Source: Mycobacterium tuberculosis H37Rv (GTDB lineage: Bacteria; Actinomycetota; Actinomycetes; Mycobacteriales; Mycobacteriaceae). From it: a DNA stretch of 32,000 nt. The notes below the pieces were generated by a model that was not told the origin of the DNA, searched no databases, and saw only the letters and a program-made list of their open reading frames with translations. Shown here piece after piece: positions 16,894 to 25,712 of the stretch; position 1 is the stretch's first letter, and the number at the start of each line of letters is the position of its first letter. The stretch covers positions 3,060,001-3,092,000 of the forward strand of contig NC_000962.3 in NCBI RefSeq assembly GCF_000195955.2. Reading direction: 5' to 3'. The position numbers and the translations under genes were made by a program.

Positions 16894-18078
16894 TCAGACG
16901 ACGACCTGTTTGGGCATGACGATGGGCTTGAACCCGTACCGAGGCCCGGCATAGGCACCGGCTCCTTTGGCCGCCCCAGAAATCCCCGCCATACCCGGCA
17001 TTGCGGCGACTGGCCCGGCTTCCTCGGGGACCGCCCAGCCCGAGCCCTCCAGTGCCGTGGTACCAGACGTCATGGCCGGAGCAGCGGTCGACCAACCGGC
17101 CGGGACCGACAGGCCACCGACCGAGGACGCCTCGCCCAGACTCGCCGTCAGCGAGGCCCCACCAACGCCCACTGGCGTCACCGTGTGCGCCAAACCAGCT
17201 GCTGCCGCGGCAGCTGGAACGGCATCGGCGGCTGCGGTCACGGTTGCCGGGTTTAGGGCAGCAAAGGCGTGTCCGAGGAATACCGCGTTGGGGATGGTGG
17301 CCATGACGAACCAGGCGGTGGTGTTGACCGCGCCGTTGATCGCGTTCTGAACAAACGTGATACCGAGCAGCTCCTCAATGTCCTGAATGATTCCGCCTAA
17401 TCCCGCCGCGTCGGCCGCCGATGTCAGGGGCGAAGCGAACCCCATTACCGCGTTCGGCAGGTTGCTGATCAGCGATCCCAGCCCCACCTGTTGGACCGTG
17501 CTGGCGGCAGCGGCATGGCTGACCGCGGCGGCCTGACCGGCCAGCCCGGCCATGTTGGCGGTCTGGGAGGGCGTGATCAACGGGTTCAACCTCCCCGCCG
17601 CCGCCGAGGAGGCCGCGTAACCGTACATCGCCAGTGCGTCTTGAGCCCACATTTCGCCGTAGTGAGCCTCGGTCGCCATGATCGCCGGTGTGTTTTGACC
17701 CAGGACGTTGGTCGCCACCAGTGCCGCGAGCAGAGCCCTGTTGGCAGCGACCTCCGCCGGCGGAACCGTCATGGCGAACGCCGCCTCAAAGGCGGCCGCC
17801 GACGCCATGGCCTGTGCAGCCGCATGGGCCGCCGATTCAGCGGTGTAGGTCAACCAGGCCAAATAAGGCTGGGCAGCAACGACCATCGACATCGACGCCG
17901 GACCCAGCCACTGTTCGGTAGTCAACTGCATGATCACCGACTCGACGGACGATGCTGTAGTGCTCAACTCGACGGCCAGGCCGTTCCACGTCGCCCCGGC
18001 GGCCATCAGGGGTGCTGCGCCGGCACCGGCGTACATTCGTGTGGAGTTGATTTCCGGGGGTAAAGCTCCAAAATCCAT
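16894..18078 (-). CDS. PPE43: PPE family protein, SVP subfamily (394 aa)
   Basis: ATG 18078 (MDFGALPPEINSTRMYAGAG...). It has a conserved ~180-aa PPE domain, the GGLSVPAGWS (GxxSVPxxW) motif and a C-terminal PRYGFKPIVMPK. Upstream codons of the track ORF are Arg-rich and rejected. Confidence 0.92.
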   Translation of the reverse strand: MDFGALPPEINSTRMYAGAGAAPLMAAGATWNGLAVELSTTASSVESVIMQLTTEQWLGPASMSMVVAAQPYLAWLTYTAESAAHAAAQAMASAAAFEAAFAMTVPPAEVAANRALLAALVATNVLGQNTPAIMATEAHYGEMWAQDALAMYGYAASSAAAGRLNPLITPSQTANMAGLAGQAAAVSHAAAASTVQQVGLGSLISNLPNAVMGFASPLTSAADAAGLGGIIQDIEELLGITFVQNAINGAVNTTAWFVMATIPNAVFLGHAFAALNPATVTAAADAVPAAAAAAGLAHTVTPVGVGGASLTASLGEASSVGGLSVPAGWSTAAPAMTSGTTALEGSGWAVPEEAGPVAAMPGMAGISGAAKGAGAYAGPRYGFKPIVMPKQVVV

Positions 18079-18090
18079 TTTCCCTATCCC

Positions 18091-18110
18091 TCTATTGATC
18101 TCTATTGATC
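18091..18110. repeat. perfect 10-bp tandem duplication TCTATTGATC x2 just upstream of the PPE43 start
   Basis: 18091-18100 equals 18101-18110. The minus strand reads GATCAATAGA GATCAATAGA gggatagggaaaATG. Confidence 0.9.
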
Positions 18111-18157
18111 GAAATTCGCTACTTCTCAAGTGCGGGCAACCGCGTCGAGGCCGCCCC

Positions 18158-18985
18158 CTATACCGCCGGCTTGGGCACGACGATGGGTTTGGCGCCGTAG
18201 CGTGGCGCACCGAAGCCCGCGCTGCTGCGCGTCGCCGAGGCCAACCCCGGCATCCCGGGAATGACCGTCCCCGCGGCACCATGCGGTGCCGCGGTGGTCC
18301 AGCCAGCGCCCTGCAGTGTGCTGGTGCTCGATACCAGGTTGGCCTGTCCCGCCCAGCTGGGCGGCACCGACAATGCGCCGATTGACGACGCCCGACTAAG
18401 GCCGGCGGCTAGCGGAGCCGCACCCAGACCGGCCGCGATCGGCGCCTCGCCGACGGCCGCCTCCGCCGCCCCCAGCTCCGATAGGCCCGCGCCCTCCAAG
18501 CCCTCCTCGAGGGCGGCTTCCTCGGCAGCCGGAAGAAGACCACCGCTGGCCAGCCCTAGCAAGTCCGACGCGGCGGAGGCCCAGTTCCCAGCCCCAATGT
18601 TGAAGATATTGGCAATATCTGAAATCCAGGAGGGCACCTTCCCGGGCGTGGAACCCAAGATGCTCGCGATACCCGACAACGGCGAAGCGGCCGCGGATGA
18701 GTTGGCGGCCTCGGTGGCCGCATAGGTGCCAGCGCTGACCCCCAGGGTCTTCACAAACAGGTCGTATACCGCAGCTGCTTCAGCACTGACCTGCTGGTAG
18801 AGAGTGCCGTACGCGGTGAACAACGGCGCCTGTAGCACTGATATCTCATCAGCGGCGGCGGGAATCACGCCCGTGGTGGTCGGGGCGGCCGCGGCCGCGT
18901 TCTGGGCGACCATCGCCGAGCCGATGGTCTCGAGCTTGCCGGCCGCAGCCGCCAACTCTTCAGGCTGTGTCGTCAGGAATGACAT
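18158..18985 (-). CDS. PE27: PE family protein with a non-PGRS, PPE-SVP-like C-terminal domain (275 aa)
   Basis: MSFLTTQPEELAAAAGKLETIGSAM... is a typical ~100-aa PE domain. There is a strong SD GAGGAG 6 nt upstream of ATG 18985. The C-terminus has GALSVPPSWAG...GAGW...PGMPG...PRYGAKPIVVPK. Confidence 0.92.
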   Translation of the reverse strand: MSFLTTQPEELAAAAGKLETIGSAMVAQNAAAAAPTTTGVIPAAADEISVLQAPLFTAYGTLYQQVSAEAAAVYDLFVKTLGVSAGTYAATEAANSSAAASPLSGIASILGSTPGKVPSWISDIANIFNIGAGNWASAASDLLGLASGGLLPAAEEAALEEGLEGAGLSELGAAEAAVGEAPIAAGLGAAPLAAGLSRASSIGALSVPPSWAGQANLVSSTSTLQGAGWTTAAPHGAAGTVIPGMPGLASATRSSAGFGAPRYGAKPIVVPKPAV

Positions 18986-19036
18986 CGATTGCTCCTCATA
19001 TGACTAAGCCAGCAGGGCTAGAAACCTGTGAATTAT

Positions 19037-19072
19037 CTGATCAGTCCCTGCCGAATAGCTGATCAGGTCCTG
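19037..19072. promoter_or_regulatory. pair of 14-bp TGATCA-centred boxes upstream of PE27 (candidate operator)
   Basis: CTGATCAGTCCCTG (19037-19050) and CTGATCAGGTCCTG (19059-19072) have a 22-bp period (two helical turns). They lie 52-87 bp upstream of the PE27 ATG, in a locally AT-rich stretch (27/60 G+C by hand count at 19021-19080). Confidence 0.35.
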
Positions 19073-19308
19073 TGTTTAGATAAGGCTAACGATCCACACC
19101 TCCGCAAGCCCGATCAAAAGGCGCAAGCGCAGAATTCATTTACGGCTTATTTACGCCGGCACCGGCAGTCTTAACACGATCCTTTTGAGCGTGGCACCTG
19201 ACCGCTCGCCGCAGCAGCGAAATGAAACACGCGCCGCGGGAGGGTTAGCGCAATGTGGCCGCGGCGGCGCGCTGGTCGGCCGCGTGCGCTTGTCTCGGTG
19301 TCTCCAGA

Positions 19309-20457
19309 TCAGAAGAGGCCGTGCTTGGGCATAACAATCGGCTTGACTCCGTACCGTGGTCCGGAGTCGGCACCAACACTGTTGGCGGCTACGACCATTC
19401 CAGGGGCAGGCGGCATCACTGCGATCGGGCCGTCCTCCTCGGGAACTGCCCAGCCTGTGCCATCCAAGGCCGCGCCGGCTGCCGTCGCCGGCGCTGCAGT
19501 AGACCAGCTTGCCGGCACCGACAGGCGACCAACCACGGACGCATTGCCCAAATCGGCGGTCAGCGCTGTTCCGCCGACGCCCGCTGGGGCAACCGCGTGT
19601 GCCACCGCGGCTGCCGCGCCGCCACCTGGAGCGGCTCCGCCAACGGTTCCCATAGCATCGGCAAGAAGCGTCATATTGCCAATGGCGGCCGTGGCAAAGT
19701 CTGCCACGCCACCCAGGCCGTGAAACGCGGATTCTACGAACAGCGGAACATCGAGATTGAGGAACTGCCTGACCGCCTCCAACCCGGTATCGGCCGCGGA
19801 CATCACCGGGGAGGCGAAGCTCAGGACAGCGTCGGCGACGTCGCTGATCAGGTGGCTCAGACCCACCTGGCGCGCGAAAGCGGATGCGCCGGCTTGGCCA
19901 ACAGCGGCGGCTTGGTGTGCGAGCCCGGCCGGATTGGTGATGTGCGACGGCCTGGTCAGCGGGTTCAGTCTTGCGGCGACCGCGGATGCGGCCGCATAGC
20001 CGTACATGGCCGAAGCGTCTTGGGCCCACATTTCGCCATAGCGTGCCTCGGTAGCCGCGATGGCCGACACGTTTTGCCCAAGGATGTTGGTCGCTGTCAG
20101 TTCAGCCAACAGGGCTCTGTTGGCAACCACCTCGGCCGGGGGCACTGTCAGCGCAAACGCCGTTTCAAAGGCGGCCGCAGACGCCATGGCCTGTGCCGCC
20201 GCGAGCGCCGAGGATTCAGCGGTGCAGGTCAACCAGACCAAATAGGGCTGCACCGCGGCGGCCATCGACAACGATGCGGGACCCATCCAGTGCTCGGTGC
20301 TCAGCCGCGTGATGACCGACCCGACGGAGGACGCAGCTGTGCTCACCTCGACAGCTATGCCGTTCCACGCAGCCGCAGCCGCCAGCAGGTCTGCCGCGCC
20401 CGCGCCGCCATACATGCGCGCAGAATTGACCTCCGGAGGTAGAGCTCCAAAATCCAC
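19309..20457 (-). CDS. PPE44: PPE family protein, SVP subfamily (382 aa)
   Basis: GTG 20457 (VDFGALPPEVNSARMYGGAG...). It has a PPE domain, the GRLSVPASWS motif and a C-terminal PRYGVKPIVMPK. Confidence 0.92.
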   Translation of the reverse strand: MDFGALPPEVNSARMYGGAGAADLLAAAAAWNGIAVEVSTAASSVGSVITRLSTEHWMGPASLSMAAAVQPYLVWLTCTAESSALAAAQAMASAAAFETAFALTVPPAEVVANRALLAELTATNILGQNVSAIAATEARYGEMWAQDASAMYGYAAASAVAARLNPLTRPSHITNPAGLAHQAAAVGQAGASAFARQVGLSHLISDVADAVLSFASPVMSAADTGLEAVRQFLNLDVPLFVESAFHGLGGVADFATAAIGNMTLLADAMGTVGGAAPGGGAAAAVAHAVAPAGVGGTALTADLGNASVVGRLSVPASWSTAAPATAAGAALDGTGWAVPEEDGPIAVMPPAPGMVVAANSVGADSGPRYGVKPIVMPKHGLF

Positions 20458-20580
20458 TGAGGCGTTCCGTTTCTGGTCGAGTGCAGTGGTGGCCGGTGCT
20501 CCGTCTGAGGCAGCCATTATTCCATCAAGGTCAGCGCCAGCGTAGGCACCACGCTCGCCACGGCGTCGATGGCGCCCAAA

Positions 20581-21033
20581 TCATCCCATTAACTGCGCAG
20601 CGACGGTTGCTCCGAGGTTCCAGCACGCCTCGATATCGGCCTTGCTCGGCTTGCCCATCACCACTACAGTCTCAGCGGCTTGCACCCAACCCAGGCCGGT
20701 TGTGATGGCGTCGACGGCTCGCTCGGCTCCCTCGGTGCCCTCGTTGCCGTGAATGTACGCGCCGAACGAACGCCCACGGGTGGTGTCCAGGCAGAGGTAA
20801 TAGCAGACATCGAAGGCATGCTTGAGAGCACCACTGATGTACCCCAGATTGGCTGGGGTACCCAGCAGATAGCCGTCAGCCTCCAGCATCTCGATCGGCG
20901 AAACCGTCAGGGCGGGTCGTCTCACCACCTCGACGCCCTCAATCTCGGGATCGGTCGCGCCGGACACCACCGCCTCAAACATCTCCTGCATGTGCGGAGA
21001 CGGCGTGTGGTGCACGATCAGCAAGCGCCGCAC
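20581..21033 (-). CDS. flavodoxin-like-fold protein / putative NAD(P)H-dependent oxidoreductase (150 aa, Rv2771c-like)
   Basis: MRRLLIVHHTPSPHMQEMF...ADGYLLGTPANLGYISGALKHAFD fits the flavodoxin-like beta-alpha pattern. It is a clean single ORF. Confidence 0.75.
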   Translation of the reverse strand: MRRLLIVHHTPSPHMQEMFEAVVSGATDPEIEGVEVVRRPALTVSPIEMLEADGYLLGTPANLGYISGALKHAFDVCYYLCLDTTRGRSFGAYIHGNEGTEGAERAVDAITTGLGWVQAAETVVVMGKPSKADIEACWNLGATVAAQLMG

Positions 21034-21118
21034 CGCAGGACCCTGTCACTAAAAGTGGGGTAATCGACCAAAGCGTGCAGAAGCGCTCCGGACAGGTAGC
21101 CCAAGGCCGGCAACGTGG

Positions 21119-21595
21119 TCATCTGGCCCCCGGCCTAGCGCGCCCCTCTAGCTGTAGGGCCGTCTTCATCGCTTCCCGCGCGCGGCGCCGATCCCCCGCG
21201 TAGTCGTAGGCGCGCGCCAGTCGGTACCAGCGGCGCCAGTCGTCGGCGTCGTCTTCGAGCTCGGTGCGCACGGCAGCGAACAACGCATCGGCCGCGTCTC
21301 GCTGAATGCGGCCAGAAGCCCGGCGGGGCAGCGCGCTGGCGTCGATGTCCAGTCCGTCTTCGGCGATCAGACGGGCCAGCCGCTGATACGCGAATCCGGC
21401 CCGCAGCGTGGCAATCATGGCCCACAGCCCAATGACCGGCAGGATCAGCAGCGCCAGCCCCAGCCCGGCAGCCGCGGCGCGGCCCGAACCGATCATTGCG
21501 ACGGCGACACGCCCGAGCATAACCAGGTACGCCACCATCGCCACGCACATGAACGCGATTATCAACTGGACATACAGGGTGCGCCTGGTCATCAC
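21119..21595 (-). CDS. membrane protein with two TM helices and a TPR-like soluble tail (158 aa, Rv2772c-like)
   Basis: The hydrophobic segments are LYVQLIIAFMCVAMVAYLVMLG and GLGLALLILPVIGLWAMIATL. The C-terminus reads WRRWYRLARAYDYAGDRRRAREAMKTAL. It starts 8 nt after the dapB stop. Confidence 0.75.
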   Translation of the reverse strand: MMTRRTLYVQLIIAFMCVAMVAYLVMLGRVAVAMIGSGRAAAAGLGLALLILPVIGLWAMIATLRAGFAYQRLARLIAEDGLDIDASALPRRASGRIQRDAADALFAAVRTELEDDADDWRRWYRLARAYDYAGDRRRAREAMKTALQLEGRARPGAR

Positions 21596-21603
21596 AGTGT
21601 CGG

Positions 21604-22809
<1,206 letters not shown>

Positions 22810-22812
22810 TTA

Positions 22813-23370
22813 ATGATCCGAGGCGTCAGCAGCGAAGGTGCTCATGTGAAACCCAGCAATATCAGGATTCGTGCAGCCAAACCGATCGATTTCCCGAAGG
22901 TGGCGGCGATGCACTATCCGGTTTGGCGACAATCCTGGACCGGAATCCTCGACCCGTACCTACTCGACATGATCGGTTCGCCGAAGCTGTGGGTCGAGGA
23001 GTCTTACCCGCAAAGCCTGAAACGCGGCGGCTGGAGTATGTGGATCGCCGAGTCTGGCGGTCAGCCAATAGGTATGACGATGTTCGGGCCCGACATTGCT
23101 CATCCTGATCGCATTCAAATCGACGCTTTGTATGTAGCCGAGAACAGTCAACGTCACGGCATTGGCGGGCGCCTCCTCAACAGGGCCCTGCACTCACATC
23201 CGTCAGCCGACATGATTTTGTGGTGCGCCGAGAAGAACAGCAAGGCACGCGGCTTCTACGAGAAGAAGGACTTTCACATTGACGGCCGCACTTTCACGTG
23301 GAAACCACTGTCAGGTGTGAACGTGCCCCATGTGGGCTACCGGCTTTATCGATCCGCCCCGCCCGGGTAA
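22813..23370 (+). CDS. GNAT-family N-acetyltransferase (Rv2775-like; 185 aa from ATG 22813 or 174 aa from GTG 22846)
   Basis: The acetyl-CoA motif A is LYVAENSQRHGIGGRLLNRAL (Q/R-x-x-G-x-G/A), followed by KARGFYEKKDF. GAAGG lies 7 nt before GTG 22846. G+C is lower than in the neighbouring genes (53% and 57% in two 60-nt hand counts). Confidence 0.85.
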   Translation: MIRGVSSEGAHVKPSNIRIRAAKPIDFPKVAAMHYPVWRQSWTGILDPYLLDMIGSPKLWVEESYPQSLKRGGWSMWIAESGGQPIGMTMFGPDIAHPDRIQIDALYVAENSQRHGIGGRLLNRALHSHPSADMILWCAEKNSKARGFYEKKDFHIDGRTFTWKPLSGVNVPHVGYRLYRSAPPG

Positions 23371-23373
23371 GCA

Positions 23374-24465
23374 TCAGGCGTCGATAACCACCCGACCGCT
23401 CACGGCCCGCGACACACAGACCAGCATCTCGTTATCGCCTTCGATGATGCGGCCGCGGCGGTCGACCTGCCCGGCAAGGACTCTCACCTTGCAGGTCCCG
23501 CAGAAGCCCTGCTGGCAGGAGTATGCCGTCGTCGGGTCCCAGTCGAGCATGACGTCCAGCGCCGACCGGTTCGCCGGAACTCGGAGCACTCGCCTCGACC
23601 GTGCGAGCTCCAGCTCGAACGGAACTCCGTCGACAACCGGCGGCGGGCTGAATCGCTCGTAATGCAGCGGCGCGTCGGCGTGTTGATTGCGGGCCACGCG
23701 CACCGCTTCTAACATCCCGGGCGGCCCGCACACGTAAACGGCCGTCGTCGGCCCTGCGCCGGCCAACAGTTCATCGACAGACGCAAAACGACCGTGCTCG
23801 TCGTCGGCCCACACCGTGACCCGGCCGGGTGCCACCGCCACTACCTCGTCCAGGAACGGCATGTACTCCCGACCGCGACCGGCATAGATTGCGCGCCAGT
23901 CGATTCCGCGCTGTTCGGCGGCCCGGATCATCGGCAGGATGGGCGTCACCCCGATACCGCCGATCACGAAAAGCACGTCACGCTCGGCCAGACCGAGATG
24001 GAAGGCGTTGCGGGGACCTTCGAACTCGCACGTGTCACCTACGTCGAAGGCCTCGTGCATCTCGATCGAACCGCCGCCGCCGTCCGCGATTCTGCGAATG
24101 GCGATCCGGTAGTCCGTACGCCGTCCGGGCACACCGCACAACGAGTACTGTCGGCGCCGCCCCGAGGGCAGCTGCACGTCGATGTGCCCACCGGGCGACC
24201 AGGCCGGGAGCAATCCGCCACCGGGGTCAGCCAACGTCAACGCCACCACGTCGGGAGCGACCAGCTCGCGCTTGGTAACCACCGCGGGATTCGTGCGCCG
24301 CACCGGCTGCACCCGCGACGGTTCCCACCGCGAGGCCGCGCCCAATCCTCCCAATAACGCTCGTACACCCCACAGCGCTGTGAAGAAGCGGTCCCGGCTG
24401 CGGCGACCGTAAAGGTCGGCGGGCCTACTGGCCCAGCTGGTCTCTGGCACGGTGCGCTCCGCCAT
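23374..24465 (-). CDS. PDR/VanB-type oxidoreductase: FNR-like flavin + NAD(P)H domains with a C-terminal plant-type [2Fe-2S] ferredoxin (363 aa, Rv2776c-like)
   Basis: RQYSLCG (RxYS flavin motif), FVIGGIGVTPILPM (NAD motif), and C-terminal CQQGFCGTCKV...LVCVSRA (C-x4-C-x2-C...C). It starts 19 nt after the upstream stop. Confidence 0.88.
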   Translation of the reverse strand: MAERTVPETSWASRPADLYGRRSRDRFFTALWGVRALLGGLGAASRWEPSRVQPVRRTNPAVVTKRELVAPDVVALTLADPGGGLLPAWSPGGHIDVQLPSGRRRQYSLCGVPGRRTDYRIAIRRIADGGGGSIEMHEAFDVGDTCEFEGPRNAFHLGLAERDVLFVIGGIGVTPILPMIRAAEQRGIDWRAIYAGRGREYMPFLDEVVAVAPGRVTVWADDEHGRFASVDELLAGAGPTTAVYVCGPPGMLEAVRVARNQHADAPLHYERFSPPPVVDGVPFELELARSRRVLRVPANRSALDVMLDWDPTTAYSCQQGFCGTCKVRVLAGQVDRRGRIIEGDNEMLVCVSRAVSGRVVIDA

Positions 24466-24484
24466 TCCTACGGATCGTCACCGA

Positions 24485-25402
24485 TCAGTGCGACGCTCGC
24501 GCGGCGGGCGAGACGGCCAGGTAGTCCACGGCCGCCCCCAGCCCGCCCAGCTGGGACGGGTGAAAACCCGGCTTGTAGTAGTGCCCCACGACCCGAAGCA
24601 GCCGCGGCAGCCCGGGCACCAAACCACGGCGTGCGGCCTTGAAATAGTCCCGCCAGCGCGGCTTTGTCCCCGGTGGCAGGTACGGATCCACCGAATACAT
24701 GAACCGCACTCCGCGAATCCACAGCAGCAACATCACCGGGGTAACGGTCAGCTGGGCACGCACCTGCCGCCAGTAACCGGCGCGCAAGTGCTTCATGGTG
24801 TCGAAGGCCACGGCTTTGTGCTCGACTTCTTCTGCACCGTGCCACCGCAGCATGTCCAGCATCACGGGGTCTGCACCGACGGCATCGAGCTGCGGGGAAT
24901 TCAGGATCCACTCGCCCATGACGGCGGTGTAGTGCTCAATTGCCGCGATGAACGAAACCTGCTCTAGCAACCAGCTGTACTGTCGTCGCGGGCTCCGCCG
25001 AGGACTCTCCCCCAGCAGCTTTTCGAACAGCCACCTGATCTGGTTGGTAAACGCTGTCACGTCGACACCCTGGGCATCGAAGTGGTCAACCACGCCGGAG
25101 TGCGCCTGGGAATGCATCGCCTCCTGACCGATGAATCCTTGCACGTCCAGCCTCAGTTGATCGTCCTTGATCAGCGGCAGCGTCTTCTTGAAGACCCTGA
25201 CGAAGAACTCCTCGCCGGCCGGCAGCAGCATATGCAGAACGTTGAGAACGTGGGTGGCCATCGGCTCGTTGGGCACATAGTGAAATGGCAGGTTTGTCCA
25301 GTCGAATTCGACATCTCGCGGCTCGAGGACGAGACGTTCGTGGTCGGCGGCGCGCGACTCTGACGAGTGCGGACCCGTCGCCCGGTCATCGACGCTGACC
25401 AT
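24485..25402 (-). CDS. PF10118-type 'predicted metal-dependent hydrolase' with a ferritin-like di-iron signature (305 aa, Rv2777c-like)
   Basis: ATG 25402 has a strong SD (tGAGGGGGcagcaATG). Residues E64...E94-A-M-H97 and E156...E192-V-E-H195 form a duplicated E-x30/36-E-x-x-H pattern. The 88 upstream codons of track ORF 24485-25666 are Arg-rich and rejected. Confidence 0.8.
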   Translation of the reverse strand: MVSVDDRATGPHSSESRAADHERLVLEPRDVEFDWTNLPFHYVPNEPMATHVLNVLHMLLPAGEEFFVRVFKKTLPLIKDDQLRLDVQGFIGQEAMHSQAHSGVVDHFDAQGVDVTAFTNQIRWLFEKLLGESPRRSPRRQYSWLLEQVSFIAAIEHYTAVMGEWILNSPQLDAVGADPVMLDMLRWHGAEEVEHKAVAFDTMKHLRAGYWRQVRAQLTVTPVMLLLWIRGVRFMYSVDPYLPPGTKPRWRDYFKAARRGLVPGLPRLLRVVGHYYKPGFHPSQLGGLGAAVDYLAVSPAARASH

Positions 25403-25712
25403 TGCTGCCCCCTCAGAAAACGTAGCCACGGCGTTTACATAAATGCCCGACATGTCGCCCCAGTAGACATCACGTGTTGGCAAGTATAGTTGCGCGTACC
25501 CGAGGGGTGAAGAACCTGCTCGCCAGCCTGGCGCCGAATGCACCTCGACGTTCACCGCGCCTCGGCAGCCGACGATGTCGGCTTCACCGTGTCGAATTCG
25601 TCGCCTCGCCCTCGTCGGCCTACTCGCAACTGGTGGCATCAGTAATGCCATTGCGCAGCAACGCACTTGCTACGGCACGCGACTCGCCATCAGTGTCCCG
25701 CCAGCACTTTCG

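Noticed and set aside
16967-18063. Plus-strand ORFs 16967-17350, 17001-17306 and 17491-18063
   Set aside because: They are antisense to PPE43 and have low-complexity Ala/Pro/Arg composition.
19151-20442. ORFs 19151-20029 (minus) and 19255-20442 (plus)
   Set aside because: They are off-frame or antisense to PPE44, whose PPE domain is unmistakable. Their composition is Arg/Gly-rich.
25403-25666. Long form of the Rv2777c-like ORF (an extra 88 codons from 25666)
   Set aside because: The extension is Arg-rich and contains a near-consensus promoter. It lacks family similarity, whereas ATG 25402 has a strong GAGGGGG Shine-Dalgarno sequence.
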